DNA of 64,000 nucleotides from Escherichia coli (GTDB lineage Bacteria; Pseudomonadota; Gammaproteobacteria; Enterobacterales; Enterobacteriaceae): NCBI RefSeq assembly GCF_009931435.1, contig NZ_CP043414.1; one strand, 5' to 3'. Shown piece by piece: positions 31,188 to 43,191 of this stretch (position 1 is its first letter; each line of letters starts with the position of its first letter). The notes under the pieces were generated by a model. It saw only the letters and a program-made list of their open reading frames with translations, ran no database searches and was not told where the DNA came from. The position numbers and the translations under genes were made by a program.

Positions 31188-33324
31188 GATGCTGGCTTAT
31201 CAGATTCAGTACGTCGCGCACGCTGTCGAGCATAGGCGTACCTGGACCATAAATCGCCGCCACGCCGCGCTCCTGCAGGAAGGCGTAATCCTGCGGCGGA
31301 ATGACGCCACCCGCGACCACGCAGATATCTTCGCGTCCCCATTTTTTCAGCGCTTCGACCAGTTCCGGGATCAGCGTTTTATGACCGGCAGCCAGTGAAG
31401 ATGCGCCCACTACGTGAACGTCGTTTTCTACTGCCAGGCGAGCGATCTCTTCAGGTGTAGAGAACATCGGGCTTAAATCTACGTCGAAACCGAGATCGGA
31501 ATAGGCGCTGGCGATCACTTTCGCGCCGCGATCGTGCCCATCCTGGCCCATTTTGGCGATCAGAATGCGCGGGCGACGACCATTGTCGGCAAGGAACTGC
31601 TCCGTTTGCGCAACAATAGCATCGAACTCGGAGGCCGATTTCTCAGACTGATGATAGCTTTGCGCAATCACGCCGGTAACACACTGGCTTGGCACCAGAT
31701 AACGGTCGAAAGCGGCTTCCAGCGCATCGGAAATTTCACCCAGGGTGGCGCGAACGCGAGCGGCATTAACAGCGGCAGCCAGCAGGTTTTCGTTATGCTG
31801 TGCGGCGTGAGTCAGGGCGTTCAACGCGGCGGTTACGGCGGCATCATCACGGGTGGCGCGAATGCGTTCCAGCGAAGCAATTTGCTCGTTACGCACCATC
31901 ACGTTGTCGATCTCAAGTACATCGGTTTCGTCTTCGTGATCCAGTTTGTACTTGTTGACACCAACGATGACACGCTTGCCCTGGTCGATCAACGACTGTT
32001 CGCGCGCGGAGGCCTCTTCGATCATTCGTTTTGGCAGACCTGCTTCGATCGCTTTCGCCATGCCACCGGCTTCGTCGATCTGTTGGGTAATGGCTCTGGC
32101 TTGTTTGACGATTTGATCGGTCAGCGATTCAACGTAATAGGATCCGGCCAGTGGATCGACGGTGCGGCAGAGTTCTGATTCTTCCTGAATGATGATCTGG
32201 GTATTGCGGGCAATGCGTGCTGAGAAATCGGTAGGCAAACCAAGCGCTTCATCAAAGGCGTTGGTATGCAGTGACTGAGTACCGCCCAGCGTTGCAGCCA
32301 GTGCTTCAATGGTGGTGCGGATAACGTTGTTATACGGATCCTGTTCAGTCAGGCTCCAGCCTGAGGTCTGGCAGTGGGTACGCAGCGCCAGTGATTTCGG
32401 ATCCTGTGCGCCAAATCCACTGACCGCTTCGCTCCATAAATAACGTGCCGCACGCAACATGGCGACGTTCATAAACAGATCCATGCCAATACCGAAGAAA
32501 AACGACAGGCGAGGAGCGAAGTCATCAATTTTCAGCCCAGCGGAGATTGCTGCTTTGATGTACTCAATCCCATCAGCGAGCGTAAATGCTACCTGCTGCA
32601 CGCAGTTGGCACCCGCTTCACCCATATGGTAACCGCTGATACTGATGGTATTAAATCGCGGCATGTTGCCGGAACACCAGGCGATGATGTCTGCGATAAT
32701 ACGCATTGACGGTTTTGGCGGGTAAATATAGGTGTTGCGGCAAAGATACTCTTTGAGGATATCGTTTTGAATGGTGCCGGTCAGTTTATCGGGTGTAACA
32801 CCTTGCTCTTCTGCGGCGACAATATAAAACGCCAGTACTGGTAGTACTGCGCCATTCATGGTCATCGAAACCGACATTTTATCCAGCGGGATCTGGTCGA
32901 ACAGGACTTTCATATCTTCCACGGTGTCGATAGCAACGCCCGCTTTGCCGACGTCGCCCGCCACGCGCGGGTTATCGGAGTCGTAGCCACGGTGGGTGGC
33001 AAGGTCAAACGCAACGGAAAGACCTTTTTGCCCGGCGGCCAGGTTACGGCGATAAAAAGCGTTGGACTCTTTTGCTGTTGAAAATCCAGCATACTGACGG
33101 ATGGTCCACGGTTGGGCGGTATACATAGTGGCACGCGGGCCACGAACGTAGGGCGGCAAACCAGGAAGGGTACCTGTCACTTCCAGATTATCGAGATCGG
33201 CTTCAGTATACAGCGGCTTGATGGCGATCCCTTCTGCGGTTTGTTGAACCAGCGAGTCGACAGTTTTCTCCCGACGACTCAATTCCTTGTTGGCAATCTG
33301 TTGCCACTCCTGCACGTTAGACAT
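31180..33324 (-). CDS. scpA: methylmalonyl-CoA mutase
   Basis: 714 aa from MSNVQEWQQ; B12-binding C-terminal domain. Confidence 0.95.
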
Positions 33325-33527
33325 TATTTGCTCCATAAAACGCAATCAAAATGAGGGTATTTGCGCTTACGGTGAGCTTTTTACGTGGGTTTGTCGCCAG
33401 CAAAAAAAATGCATTCAGACGTCGTTTTTTGCCGCCTGAGATTTGTCTATTTTGTGATGTGATTCAAGGAATACAAAAAGAACTGGAGGTGATGCCTGGT
33501 ATGTATTACCAGGCATTATTTGATGGA

Positions 33528-34421
33528 TTATTCCTGACGAAGAACTTTGTGACCATAATCGAGCAACGCATCAGTGACTTTACGCATCATGCGGCTTTCA
33601 GGAGCAAAGCGGTGCCAGTAGAGCATCCGGCGTTGAAATAGCCCTGGCGTTAAGTCAATCAGTTCGCCGCTGGCCAGTTCTTTCTCGATTTGCAGATGTG
33701 GGATCATACAGCAGGTGGTCCCCTGACGAGCAAGTTGCACGAACGCTTCTGAAGAATTAACGATATGGCAGGGTACGCTGCCTGGAGGCAGATCAAAGTT
33801 TTGCTGCAAAAAGGCCTGGTGCATATCATCAAGATGGTCAAACGCGACCACTGGCGCTTTCAGTAATGCCGAACGCGTTACGCCGTTAGGGAAATATTTT
33901 TCGGCAAACGGTTTTGAGCTGACGAACAGATAGTCAAGCGCACCGAGCTTATCGACAAGACAACTCGGCAGCGCCTGATGTTGAATACTCACCGCGCCGA
34001 CCACTTCGCCGCGGCGCAGACGTTCCTGAGTGCGGGTTTCATCTTCTACCTGCAAGTTGAGGCGGATAGGCGAATCAGCTAACACAGGAGCCAGCGCCGG
34101 AAGCAACCACGTCGCCAGACTGTCAGCGTTGACCGCCAGTGAAAGCAGCAGCGGAGTTGAACCGGTTTGTTCATCGCCCAGCCACTCTTCTTCCAGTAAC
34201 TCCACCTGGCGTAGCAGTGCCAGCAGTTTTTGCCCTTGTTCCGTCGGGCGCGGCGGTACGGTACGCACCAACAGCGGCTGCCCGAACATATTTTCCAGTT
34301 GCTTAATGCGCTGTGAGACGGCTGATTGTGTAATGCACAGCTTTTGTGCCGCGCGCTCAAATCCTCGTTCACGTATCACCGCATCCAGTGCCTGTAATGT
34401 TCTGTAGTCCGGGCGTTTCAT
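33528..34421 (-). CDS. argP: LysR-family regulator ArgP (IciA)
   Basis: 297 aa from [28 protein letters not shown]. Confidence 0.95.
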   Translation of the reverse strand: MKRPDYRTLQALDAVIRERGFERAAQKLCITQSAVSQRIKQLENMFGQPLLVRTVPPRPTEQGQKLLALLRQVELLEEEWLGDEQTGSTPLLLSLAVNADSLATWLLPALAPVLADSPIRLNLQVEDETRTQERLRRGEVVGAVSIQHQALPSCLVDKLGALDYLFVSSKPFAEKYFPNGVTRSALLKAPVVAFDHLDDMHQAFLQQNFDLPPGSVPCHIVNSSEAFVQLARQGTTCCMIPHLQIEKELASGELIDLTPGLFQRRMLYWHRFAPESRMMRKVTDALLDYGHKVLRQE

Positions 34422-34512
34422 TGCTGTTGTCTGCTCCTGGTAAATGCTTTTTCCTGCACTATGACACAATTTTGCGTCAGGTTGCATATACCGAAGCCGT
34501 CGGCGGGTACAT

Positions 34513-34747
34513 TTGTATCAGTGGTTAAACACGCAGCTTAAAAGATCAGGGATTTGCGCTATTGCATTTCGCTCAGCGAGTTCGCGCCCTGGTTATGTTG
34601 AATGGCGTGGCGTTATTGCCTCTGTTCGCACCGTGGAGCGGCATACCCAGACCGTTGTATGCTTTATTTGCCGGGCGAAAGGGGATGCCCGCCATTGCGC
34701 GATATTTTATGGATGAGTTAACCACGCGGCTTGCCAACGGGGTCTGA
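34513..34747 (+). pseudogene. yqfE: possible remnant of a LysR-family gene (yqfE-like fragment)
   Basis: Only short broken ORFs; the 61-aa ORF ends like a LysR C-terminus; from memory K-12 has a pseudogene between argP and rpiA. Confidence 0.3.
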
Positions 34748-34762
34748 ATCGCTTTTTTTGTA

Positions 34763-34889
34763 TATACTCGTCATACTTCAAGTTGCATGTGCTGCGTCTG
34801 CGTTCGCTCACCCCAGTCACTTACTTCTGTAAGCTCCTGGGGATTCACTCTCTTGTCGCCTTCCTGCAACTCGAATTATTTAGAGTATA
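34763..34889. repeat. ERIC element immediately upstream of rpiA
   Basis: 127 bp; reverse complement matches 22777-22902 with 3 mismatches. Confidence 0.9.
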
Positions 34890-34925
34890 ATGCGTGTGAA
34901 ATTTCATACCACAGGCGAAACGATC

Positions 34926-35585
34926 ATGACGCAGGATGAATTGAAAAAAGCAGTAGGATGGGCGGCACTTCAGTATGTTCAGCCCGGCACCATTGTTGGT
35001 GTAGGTACAGGTTCCACCGCCGCACACTTTATTGATGCGCTCGGCACGATGAAAGGCCAGATTGAAGGGGCTGTTTCCAGTTCAGATGCTTCCACAGAAA
35101 AACTGAAAAGCCTGGGCATTCACGTTTTTGATCTCAACGAAGTCGACAGCCTTGGCATCTACGTCGACGGTGCAGATGAAATCAACGGCCACATGCAGAT
35201 GATCAAAGGCGGCGGCGCGGCGCTGACCCGTGAAAAAATCATTGCTTCGGTTGCGGAAAAATTTATCTGTATTGCAGACGCTTCTAAGCAGGTTGATATT
35301 CTGGGCAAATTCCCGCTGCCAGTAGAAGTTATCCCGATGGCACGTAGTGCAGTGGCGCGCCAGCTGGTGAAACTGGGCGGTCGTCCGGAATACCGCCAGG
35401 GCGTGGTGACCGATAACGGCAACGTGATCCTCGACGTCCACGGCATGGAAATCCTTGACCCGATAGCGATGGAAAACGCCATAAATGCGATTCCAGGCGT
35501 GGTGACTGTTGGTCTGTTTGCTAACCGTGGCGCGGACGTTGCGCTGATTGGCACACCTGACGGTGTCAAAACCATTGTGAAATGA
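34926..35585 (+). CDS. rpiA: ribose-5-phosphate isomerase A
   Basis: 219 aa from [15 protein letters not shown]. Confidence 0.95.
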
Positions 35586-35840
35586 TCTGACGGGGGAACC
35601 TCCCCCGTTAAAAAAATTCTCTTCATTAAATTTGGTGACATGTGTCACGTTTTTACCTGGCTATTGTCGATTGCTCTAAATAAATCCTCTGAACCAGCAT
35701 ATTCATCCAAGAAATACCTTTGCGTGATATTTCCTCAACATCGCGACGCAAACGTTCATATTGCCGCAATATTATTTTTTGATATGTTGAAAGGCGGATG
35801 CAAATCCGCACACAACATTTCAAAAGACAGGATTGGGTAA

Positions 35841-37073
35841 ATGGCAAAGGTATCGCTGGAGAAAGACAAGATTAAGTTTCTGCTGGTAGAAGGCGTGCAC
35901 CAAAAGGCGCTTGAAAGCCTTCGTGCAGCGGGTTACACCAACATCGAATTTCACAAAGGCGCGCTGGATGATGAACAATTAAAAGAATCCATCCGCGATG
36001 CCCACTTCATCGGCCTGCGATCCCGTACCCATCTGACTGAAGACGTGATCAACGCCGCAGAAAAACTGGTCGCTATTGGCTGTTTCTGTATCGGAACAAA
36101 CCAGGTTGATCTGGATGCAGCTGCAAAACGCGGGATCCCGGTATTTAACGCACCGTTCTCCAATACGCGCTCTGTTGCGGAGTTGGTAATTGGCGAACTT
36201 CTCCTGCTATTGCGCGGCGTACCGGAAGCCAACGCTAAAGCACACCGTGGTGTCTGGAACAAGCTGGCAGCTGGCTCTTTTGAAGCGCGCGGCAAAAAGC
36301 TGGGTATCATCGGCTATGGTCATATTGGTACACAGTTGGGCATTCTGGCTGAATCGCTGGGAATGTATGTTTACTTTTATGATATTGAAAACAAACTACC
36401 GCTGGGCAACGCCACTCAGGTACAGCATCTTTCTGATCTGCTGAATATGAGCGATGTGGTGAGTTTGCATGTGCCAGAGAATCCGTCTACCAAAAATATG
36501 ATGGGCGCGAAAGAGATTTCACTAATGAAGCCCGGCTCGTTGCTGATTAATGCCTCGCGCGGAACGGTGGTGGATATTCCGGCGCTGTGTGACGCGCTGG
36601 CGAGCAAACACCTGGCAGGTGCGGCAATCGATGTCTTCCCGACGGAACCGGCGACCAACAGCGATCCATTTACCTCTCCGCTGTGTGAATTCGACAACGT
36701 CCTTCTGACGCCACATATTGGCGGTTCGACTCAGGAAGCGCAGGAGAATATCGGCCTGGAAGTTGCGGGTAAATTGATCAAGTATTCTGACAATGGCTCA
36801 ACGCTCTCTGCAGTGAACTTCCCGGAAGTCTCGCTGCCACTGCATGGTGGGCGTCGTCTGATGCACATCCACGAAAACCGTCCGGGCGTGCTGACTGCGC
36901 TGAACAAAATCTTTGCCGAGCAGGGCGTTAACATCGCTGCACAGTATCTGCAAACCTCAGCGCAGATGGGTTATGTGGTTATTGATATTGAAGCTGACGA
37001 AGACGTTGCCGAAAAAGCGCTGCAGGCAATGAAAGCTATTCCGGGCACCATTCGCGCCCGTCTGCTGTACTAA
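35841..37073 (+). CDS. serA: D-3-phosphoglycerate dehydrogenase
   Basis: 410 aa. Confidence 0.97.
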   Translation: MAKVSLEKDKIKFLLVEGVHQKALESLRAAGYTNIEFHKGALDDEQLKESIRDAHFIGLRSRTHLTEDVINAAEKLVAIGCFCIGTNQVDLDAAAKRGIPVFNAPFSNTRSVAELVIGELLLLLRGVPEANAKAHRGVWNKLAAGSFEARGKKLGIIGYGHIGTQLGILAESLGMYVYFYDIENKLPLGNATQVQHLSDLLNMSDVVSLHVPENPSTKNMMGAKEISLMKPGSLLINASRGTVVDIPALCDALASKHLAGAAIDVFPTEPATNSDPFTSPLCEFDNVLLTPHIGGSTQEAQENIGLEVAGKLIKYSDNGSTLSAVNFPEVSLPLHGGRRLMHIHENRPGVLTALNKIFAEQGVNIAAQYLQTSAQMGYVVIDIEADEDVAEKALQAMKAIPGTIRARLLY

Positions 37074-37093
37074 TTCCCCTTCTCTGAAAATTA

Positions 37094-37125
37094 ACGGGCA
37101 GGTCACTGACTTGCCCGTTTTTTTA
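37094..37125 (+). terminator. rho-independent terminator of serA
   Basis: acgggcagg-tcactgac-ttgcccgt followed by tttttt. Confidence 0.8.
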
Positions 37126-37239
37126 TCCCTTTTCCCGCGCATGTCACTGCCATTTGTAGTGCGCTGCAATTGCCTTTGCGAGTCTGCTCGAAGAAATAAA
37201 TCAAAGCCAGATCAATGCGTTGTGCTTATTTAAAGAGAG

Positions 37240-37390
37240 TTTACGATGGCAGGGCAGCATGGGGCTGTAACGGTAAAGCCCTCACCGAAGCGAGGGCTTG
37301 AAGGAGAAGGGTTATGATGCGACTTGCCATCATACTGATTGTACTGTTACTCATAAGTTTGCCAGCTTATTAACAGTCAGTCACAGGGGA
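37240..37390 (-). ncRNA. sibC: Sib antisense RNA (type I antitoxin) opposite ibsC; ends approximate
   Basis: Inferred from the ibs/sib architecture; boundaries not determinable from sequence alone. Confidence 0.45.
37314..37373 (+). CDS. ibsC: Ibs-family type I toxin peptide (19 aa, MMRLAIILIVLLLISLPAY)
   Basis: AAGGAG 6 nt upstream; hydrophobic 19-aa peptide nearly identical to K-12 IbsC as I recall it; serA-ygfA intergenic position. Confidence 0.75.
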   Translation: MMRLAIILIVLLLISLPAY

Positions 37391-37473
37391 GGAGTCATCC
37401 TCCCTTACCCTTACTCACTAAATTAGGTTAAAGAATCAACGATGTCAATCAGGGCGATGCAGGTGTGTCGCCC

Positions 37474-38022
37474 TTACCACTCCCAGACTTTCGACGGTGT
37501 AACCACCGCAGGAAGTGGGATATCCCACTCTTCAACGGGGAGTTTTTCCACCAACTGACAATCATGCGCATAACCCACCGGTTGCATTTGATAGCGCTGC
37601 CAGTTCTGTAAGGTCCGATCATAAAAACCACCGCCCATTCCCAGGCGCTGACCGTACTCATCAAAGGCGACCAGCGGTGTGATCAACACGTCTAATCGGG
37701 AAAGGGGTAGCACGTCACGCACATCCAGTTTTGGCTCATGGATCTTCAACCTGTTCATCACCAGTTCGCTTTGCGGATGGTAATTCAGGAACAGCAAATT
37801 ACCGGCACTAAAGGGATGCAAAACTGGAAGATATACGCGCTTACCGGCGCGCCAGAGTTGTTCTATGAGTGGCTGGGTGTCGAGTTCGCCATCAAAAGAG
37901 AGGAATACAGCGACCGTATGTGCCATCACCACCGGGGGATACGTCATCATCCGGGTAGCGGCTTGTTGACCCATTTCCTGCTGTTGTTCCGGCGTTAACG
38001 CACGACGACGTTGCCGAATCAT
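37474..38022 (-). CDS. ygfA: 5-formyltetrahydrofolate cyclo-ligase
   Basis: 182 aa from MIRQRRRALTPEQQ; alternative ATG at 38076 gives 200 aa; lies immediately downstream of 6S RNA. Confidence 0.85.
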   Translation of the reverse strand: MIRQRRRALTPEQQQEMGQQAATRMMTYPPVVMAHTVAVFLSFDGELDTQPLIEQLWRAGKRVYLPVLHPFSAGNLLFLNYHPQSELVMNRLKIHEPKLDVRDVLPLSRLDVLITPLVAFDEYGQRLGMGGGFYDRTLQNWQRYQMQPVGYAHDCQLVEKLPVEEWDIPLPAVVTPSKVWEW

Positions 38023-38094
38023 TTTGCGGATTTCTTGTCGGGATAATGTCAGTGGGAGTTCTGGTAGTTGCGTCATGGCTGGTGCCAGATAAGA

Positions 38095-38280
38095 AGGGAA
38101 TCTCCGAGATGCCGCCGCAGGCTGTAACCCTTGAACCCTTGGTTCAAGGTGAATGTGTCGTCGCAGTTTTAAGGCTTCTCGGACGGACCGAGCATGCTCA
38201 CCAACCGCGGAGCGCCACATTCTTGTGGTATGAAATATCGGCTCAGGGGACTGGCCCGCTTGCGAACATCTCAGAGAAAT
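38095..38280 (-). ncRNA. ssrS: 6S RNA
   Basis: Reverse complement reads AUUUCUCUGAGAUGUUCGCAAGCGGGCCAGUCCCCUGAGCC...GGCAUCUCGGAGAUUCCCU, matching E. coli 6S RNA from memory; ends within a few nt. Confidence 0.9.
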
Positions 38281-38321
38281 TTTGTCTTCACGGTTACTCT
38301 ACCACAGTAAACCGAAAAGTG

Positions 38322-38717
<396 letters not shown>

Positions 38718-38818
38718 CTATAGCTACCCTGATGAGAAGAGACAAGCCCTTTTCTGGTCCACCAGGGCCCAAAGTGGTAGCATATCATGAATATTCCTCC
38801 CTTTGACGACGAATGCTT

Positions 38819-39397
38819 ATGTCTATACAGAACGAAATGCCTGGTTACAACGAAATGAACCAGTATCTGAACCAACAAGGGACGGGTCTGACCCCTGCTG
38901 AGATGCATGGTTTAATCAGTGGGATGATATGTGGTGGTAACGATGACAGCTCATGGCTGCCGCTGCTTCACGACCTGACGAACGAAGGCATGGCTTTCGG
39001 TCATGAGCTGGCACAGGCATTGCGCAAAATGCACTCTGCTACCAGCGATGCCCTGCAGGATGACGGCTTCCTTTTTCAGCTTTATCTGCCTGATGGCGAT
39101 GATGTCAGCGTTTTCGATCGGGCTGATGCGCTGGCAGGTTGGGTTAATCACTTCCTGCTTGGTCTTGGCGTTACGCAACCGAAGCTGGACAAAGTGACCG
39201 GCGAAACCGGTGAAGCCATCGACGATCTGCGTAACATCGCGCAGCTGGGCTACGACGAAGACGAAGATCAGGAAGAGCTGGAAATGTCGCTTGAAGAGAT
39301 CATCGAGTACGTCCGTGTTGCCGCGCTGTTATGCCACGACACCTTTACTCATCCGCAACCGACCGCGCCAGAAGTACAAAAACCGACTCTACACTAA
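38819..39397 (+). CDS. ygfB: UPF0149 family protein
   Basis: 192 aa from [12 protein letters not shown]. Confidence 0.9.
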
Positions 39398-39422
39398 AAA
39401 CAAAAAACGTAAGGAGAGTGTT

Positions 39423-40748
39423 ATGAGTGAGATATCCCGGCAAGAGTTTCAGCGTCGCCGTCAGGCCCTGGTGGAGCAAATGCAACCCGGCAGCGCCGCG
39501 CTGATTTTTGCTGCACCAGAAGTAACACGTAGCGCCGACAGCGAATACCCCTATCGTCAGAACAGTGACTTCTGGTACTTCACCGGCTTTAACGAACCGG
39601 AAGCGGTGCTGGTGCTGATTAAAAGTGATGACACTCATAACCACAGCGTTCTGTTTAACCGCGTACGCGACCTGACGGCAGAGATCTGGTTTGGTCGCCG
39701 CTTAGGTCAGGATGCTGCACCGGATAAACTGGGCGTTGATCGCGCACTGGCGTTCAGCGAAATCAATCAGCAACTTTATCAACTACTTAATGGTCTGGAT
39801 GTGGTGTACCACGCCCAGGGCGAATATGCATATGCTGATGAAATCGTGAACAGCGCGCTTGAAAAACTGCGTAAAGGTTCGCGACAGAATCTCACCGCCC
39901 CGGCAACGATGATCGACTGGCGTCCCATTGTTCATGAAATGCGCCTGTTCAAATCACCAGAAGAGATTGCCGTACTTCGCCGCGCGGGGGAAATCACCGC
40001 CCTGGCGCATACCCGGGCGATGGAAAAATGCCGTCCGGGAATGTTCGAGTACCACCTGGAAGGCGAAATTCACCACGAATTTAACCGCCACGGTGCGCGC
40101 TATCCTTCCTATAACACCATTGTCGGCAGCGGTGAAAACGGCTGCATTCTGCACTACACCGAAAACGAGAGTGAACTGCGCGACGGTGACCTGGTGTTGA
40201 TTGACGCGGGTTGTGAATACAAAGGTTACGCGGGCGATATTACCCGCACCTTCCCGGTCAACGGCAAATTCACCCAGGCCCAGCGTGAAATCTACGACAT
40301 TGTGCTGGAGTCTCTTGAAACCAGCCTGCGGCTGTATCGTCCGGGAACTTCCATTCAGGAAGTCACTGGTGAAGTGGTGCGCATCATGGTTAGCGGCCTG
40401 GTAAAACTCGGCATCCTGAAAGGTGATGTTGATGAACTGATCGCTCAGAACGCCCATCGTCCTTTCTTTATGCATGGCCTTAGCCACTGGTTAGGTCTGG
40501 ATGTCCATGATGTTGGTATTTATGGTCAGGATCGCTCGCGCATTCTGGAACCGGGCATGGTACTGACCGTAGAGCCGGGGCTGTATATTGCGCCGGATGC
40601 AGAAGTGCCAGAACAATATCGCGGTATCGGCATTCGTATTGAAGACGACATTGTGATTACCGAAACCGGTAACGAAAACCTCACCGCCAGCGTGGTGAAA
40701 AAGCCGGAAGAAATCGAAGCGTTGATGGCAGCTGCGAGAAAGCAATGA
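39423..40748 (+). CDS. pepP: Xaa-Pro aminopeptidase (aminopeptidase P)
   Basis: 441 aa from MSEISRQEFQRRRQAL; AAGGAGAG upstream; ORF-track start is over-extended. Confidence 0.95.
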   Translation: MSEISRQEFQRRRQALVEQMQPGSAALIFAAPEVTRSADSEYPYRQNSDFWYFTGFNEPEAVLVLIKSDDTHNHSVLFNRVRDLTAEIWFGRRLGQDAAPDKLGVDRALAFSEINQQLYQLLNGLDVVYHAQGEYAYADEIVNSALEKLRKGSRQNLTAPATMIDWRPIVHEMRLFKSPEEIAVLRRAGEITALAHTRAMEKCRPGMFEYHLEGEIHHEFNRHGARYPSYNTIVGSGENGCILHYTENESELRDGDLVLIDAGCEYKGYAGDITRTFPVNGKFTQAQREIYDIVLESLETSLRLYRPGTSIQEVTGEVVRIMVSGLVKLGILKGDVDELIAQNAHRPFFMHGLSHWLGLDVHDVGIYGQDRSRILEPGMVLTVEPGLYIAPDAEVPEQYRGIGIRIEDDIVITETGNENLTASVVKKPEEIEALMAAARKQ

Positions 40749-41923
40749 GCGTAATCATCGTCGGTGGCGGCATGGCGGGCGCGACGCTGGCGCTGGCTAT
40801 TTCCCGGTTAAGTCACGGGGCGCTGCCGGTACATTTGATTGAAGCGACCGCGCCAGAGTCACATGCTCATCCGGGCTTTGATGGACGAGCTATTGCGCTG
40901 GCGGCGGGTACTTGTCAGCAACTGGCGCGCATCGGCGTCTGGCAATCTCTGGCTGATTGCGCAACCGCCATCACCAGCGTGCATGTCAGCGATCGTGGTC
41001 ATGCCGGATTCGTCACCCTCGCCGCAGAAGATTACCAACTGGCGGCGCTGGGGCAGGTTGTCGAATTGCATAATGTCGGGCAACGGCTGTTTGCATTACT
41101 GCGCAAAGCACCTGGCGTAACGCTGCATTGCCCTGATCGCGTGGCTAACGTTGCCCGTGCTCAGAGTCACGTTGAAGTGACGCTGGAGAGTGGCGAGACG
41201 CTGACGGGCTGCGTGCTGGTAGCCGCTGATGGCACCCATTCCGCGTTAGCCACCGCGTGCGGTGTTGACTGGCAGCAGGAGCCTTACGAACAACTGGCCG
41301 TGATTGCGAACGTTGCGACTTCCGTTGCGCACGAAGGCCGGGCGTTTGAGCGTTTCACACAATATGGCCCGTTGGCGATGTTGCCGATGTCTGACGGACG
41401 CTGTTCGCTGGTCTGGTGTCATCCACTGGAACGGCGCGAAGAGGTGCTGTCGTGGAGCGACGAGACGTTTTGCCGTGAACTCCAGTCGGCCTTTGGTTGG
41501 CGACTTGGGAAAATTACCCACGCTGGTAAACGCAGTGCTTACCCGCTGGCGTTAACCCGCGCCGCCAGACCTATTACCCATCGTACCGTGCTGGTGGGCA
41601 ATGCGGCGCAAACTCTGCACCCGATTGCCGGGCAAGGGTTCAACCTCGGTATGCGGGATGTGATGAGCCTTGCGGAAACGCTGACTCAGGCTCAGGCACG
41701 TGAAGATGACATCGGTGATTACGGCGTATTGTGCCGTTATCAGCAGCGTCGGCAGAGCGATCGAGAAGCAACCATCGGCGTCACGGACAGCCTTGTACAT
41801 CTTTTTGCCAACCGTTGGACGCCGCTGGTTGTCGGGCGCAACATCGGGCTGATGGCAATGGAATTATTCACTCCGGCACGCGATGTGCTGGCGCAGCGCA
41901 CCCTCGGTTGGGTGGCGCGTTGA
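40745..41923 (+). CDS. ubiH: 2-octaprenyl-6-methoxyphenol hydroxylase
   Basis: 392 aa; FAD-binding GGGMAG; start overlaps pepP stop (ATGA). Confidence 0.95.
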   Translation: MSVIIVGGGMAGATLALAISRLSHGALPVHLIEATAPESHAHPGFDGRAIALAAGTCQQLARIGVWQSLADCATAITSVHVSDRGHAGFVTLAAEDYQLAALGQVVELHNVGQRLFALLRKAPGVTLHCPDRVANVARAQSHVEVTLESGETLTGCVLVAADGTHSALATACGVDWQQEPYEQLAVIANVATSVAHEGRAFERFTQYGPLAMLPMSDGRCSLVWCHPLERREEVLSWSDETFCRELQSAFGWRLGKITHAGKRSAYPLALTRAARPITHRTVLVGNAAQTLHPIAGQGFNLGMRDVMSLAETLTQAQAREDDIGDYGVLCRYQQRRQSDREATIGVTDSLVHLFANRWTPLVVGRNIGLMAMELFTPARDVLAQRTLGWVAR

Positions 41924-41945
41924 AGGCGGTTTTAAGGAATAAACA

Positions 41946-43148
41946 ATGCAAAGTGTTGATGTAGCCATTGTTGGCGGCGGCATGGTGGGGCTGGCGGTTG
42001 CCTGCGGCTTACAGGGGAGCGGCTTACGCGTTGCCGTACTGGAGCAGCGCGTACCGGAACCCCTGGCGGCGGATGCACCACCACAACTGCGCGTTTCGGC
42101 TATCAATGCCGCCAGCGAAAAATTACTCACCCGTCTTGGCGTCTGGCAGGAGATTCTCTCCCGCAGAGCCAGTTGCTATCACGGCATGGATGTGTGGGAC
42201 AAAGACAGTTTTGGTCACATTTCGTTTGACGATCAAAGCATGGGCTATAGCCATCTTGGGCATATCGTTGAAAATTCAGTCATTCACTACGCGCTGTGGA
42301 ACAAAGCACAGCAGTCCTCAGATATCAGCCTGTTAGCCCCTGCAGAATTACAGCAGGTCGCCTGGGGAGAGAACGAAACCTTCCTGACGCTGAAAGACGG
42401 CAGCATGTTAACGGCGCGTCTGGTAATTGGCGCAGACGGCGCTAATTCCTGGTTGCGCAACAAAGCCGATATTCCGCTGACTTTCTGGGATTATCAGCAT
42501 CACGCGCTGGTGGCGACCATTCGCACGGAAGAACCGCATGATGCGGTGGCGCGACAGGTTTTCCATGGCGAAGGCATTCTGGCCTTTTTGCCGCTTAGCG
42601 ATCCGCATCTTTGCTCAATTGTCTGGTCACTGTCCCCAGAGGAAGCACAGCGGATGCATCAGGCAGGCGAAGACGAATTTAACCGCGAGTTAAATATCGC
42701 TTTTGATAATCGCCTGGGCTTATGCAAGGTTGAGAGTGAACGTCTGGTGTTCCCGCTGACTGGGCGTTATGCGCGCCAGTTTGCCGCGCACCGTCTGGCG
42801 CTGGTGGGCGACGCCGCGCATACCATTCACCCGTTGGCGGGGCAGGGGGTGAATCTCGGCTTTATGGATGCTGCAGAGCTGATTGCTGAACTGAAACGGT
42901 TGCATCGTCAGGGTAAAGACATCGGGCAGTACATTTACCTGCGTCGCTATGAGCGTAGCCGCAAGCACAGTGCGGCGCTGATGCTGGCAGGTATGCAGGG
43001 ATTCCGCGATCTGTTTTCCGGGGCTAATCCGGCGAAAAAACTGCTGCGTGATATTGGCCTGAAACTGGCCGATACGCTTCCTGGCGTTAAACCACAACTT
43101 ATCCGTCAGGCAATGGGATTAAACGATTTGCCTGAATGGCTGCGCTAA
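41946..43148 (+). CDS. ubiI: 2-octaprenylphenol hydroxylase (VisC)
   Basis: 400 aa; FAD-binding GGGMVG. Confidence 0.93.
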   Translation: MQSVDVAIVGGGMVGLAVACGLQGSGLRVAVLEQRVPEPLAADAPPQLRVSAINAASEKLLTRLGVWQEILSRRASCYHGMDVWDKDSFGHISFDDQSMGYSHLGHIVENSVIHYALWNKAQQSSDISLLAPAELQQVAWGENETFLTLKDGSMLTARLVIGADGANSWLRNKADIPLTFWDYQHHALVATIRTEEPHDAVARQVFHGEGILAFLPLSDPHLCSIVWSLSPEEAQRMHQAGEDEFNRELNIAFDNRLGLCKVESERLVFPLTGRYARQFAAHRLALVGDAAHTIHPLAGQGVNLGFMDAAELIAELKRLHRQGKDIGQYIYLRRYERSRKHSAALMLAGMQGFRDLFSGANPAKKLLRDIGLKLADTLPGVKPQLIRQAMGLNDLPEWLR

Positions 43149-43191
43149 AAATTTCTCTTCTGCTGTTTATTTGATACCCATCACACTTTCA

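Noticed and set aside
35586-35620. GGGGGAACCTCCCCC hairpin after rpiA as a terminator
   Set aside because: The hairpin is followed by an A-run on the plus strand and preceded by the T-run on the minus strand, so it is not a canonical intrinsic terminator on either strand; function unclear.
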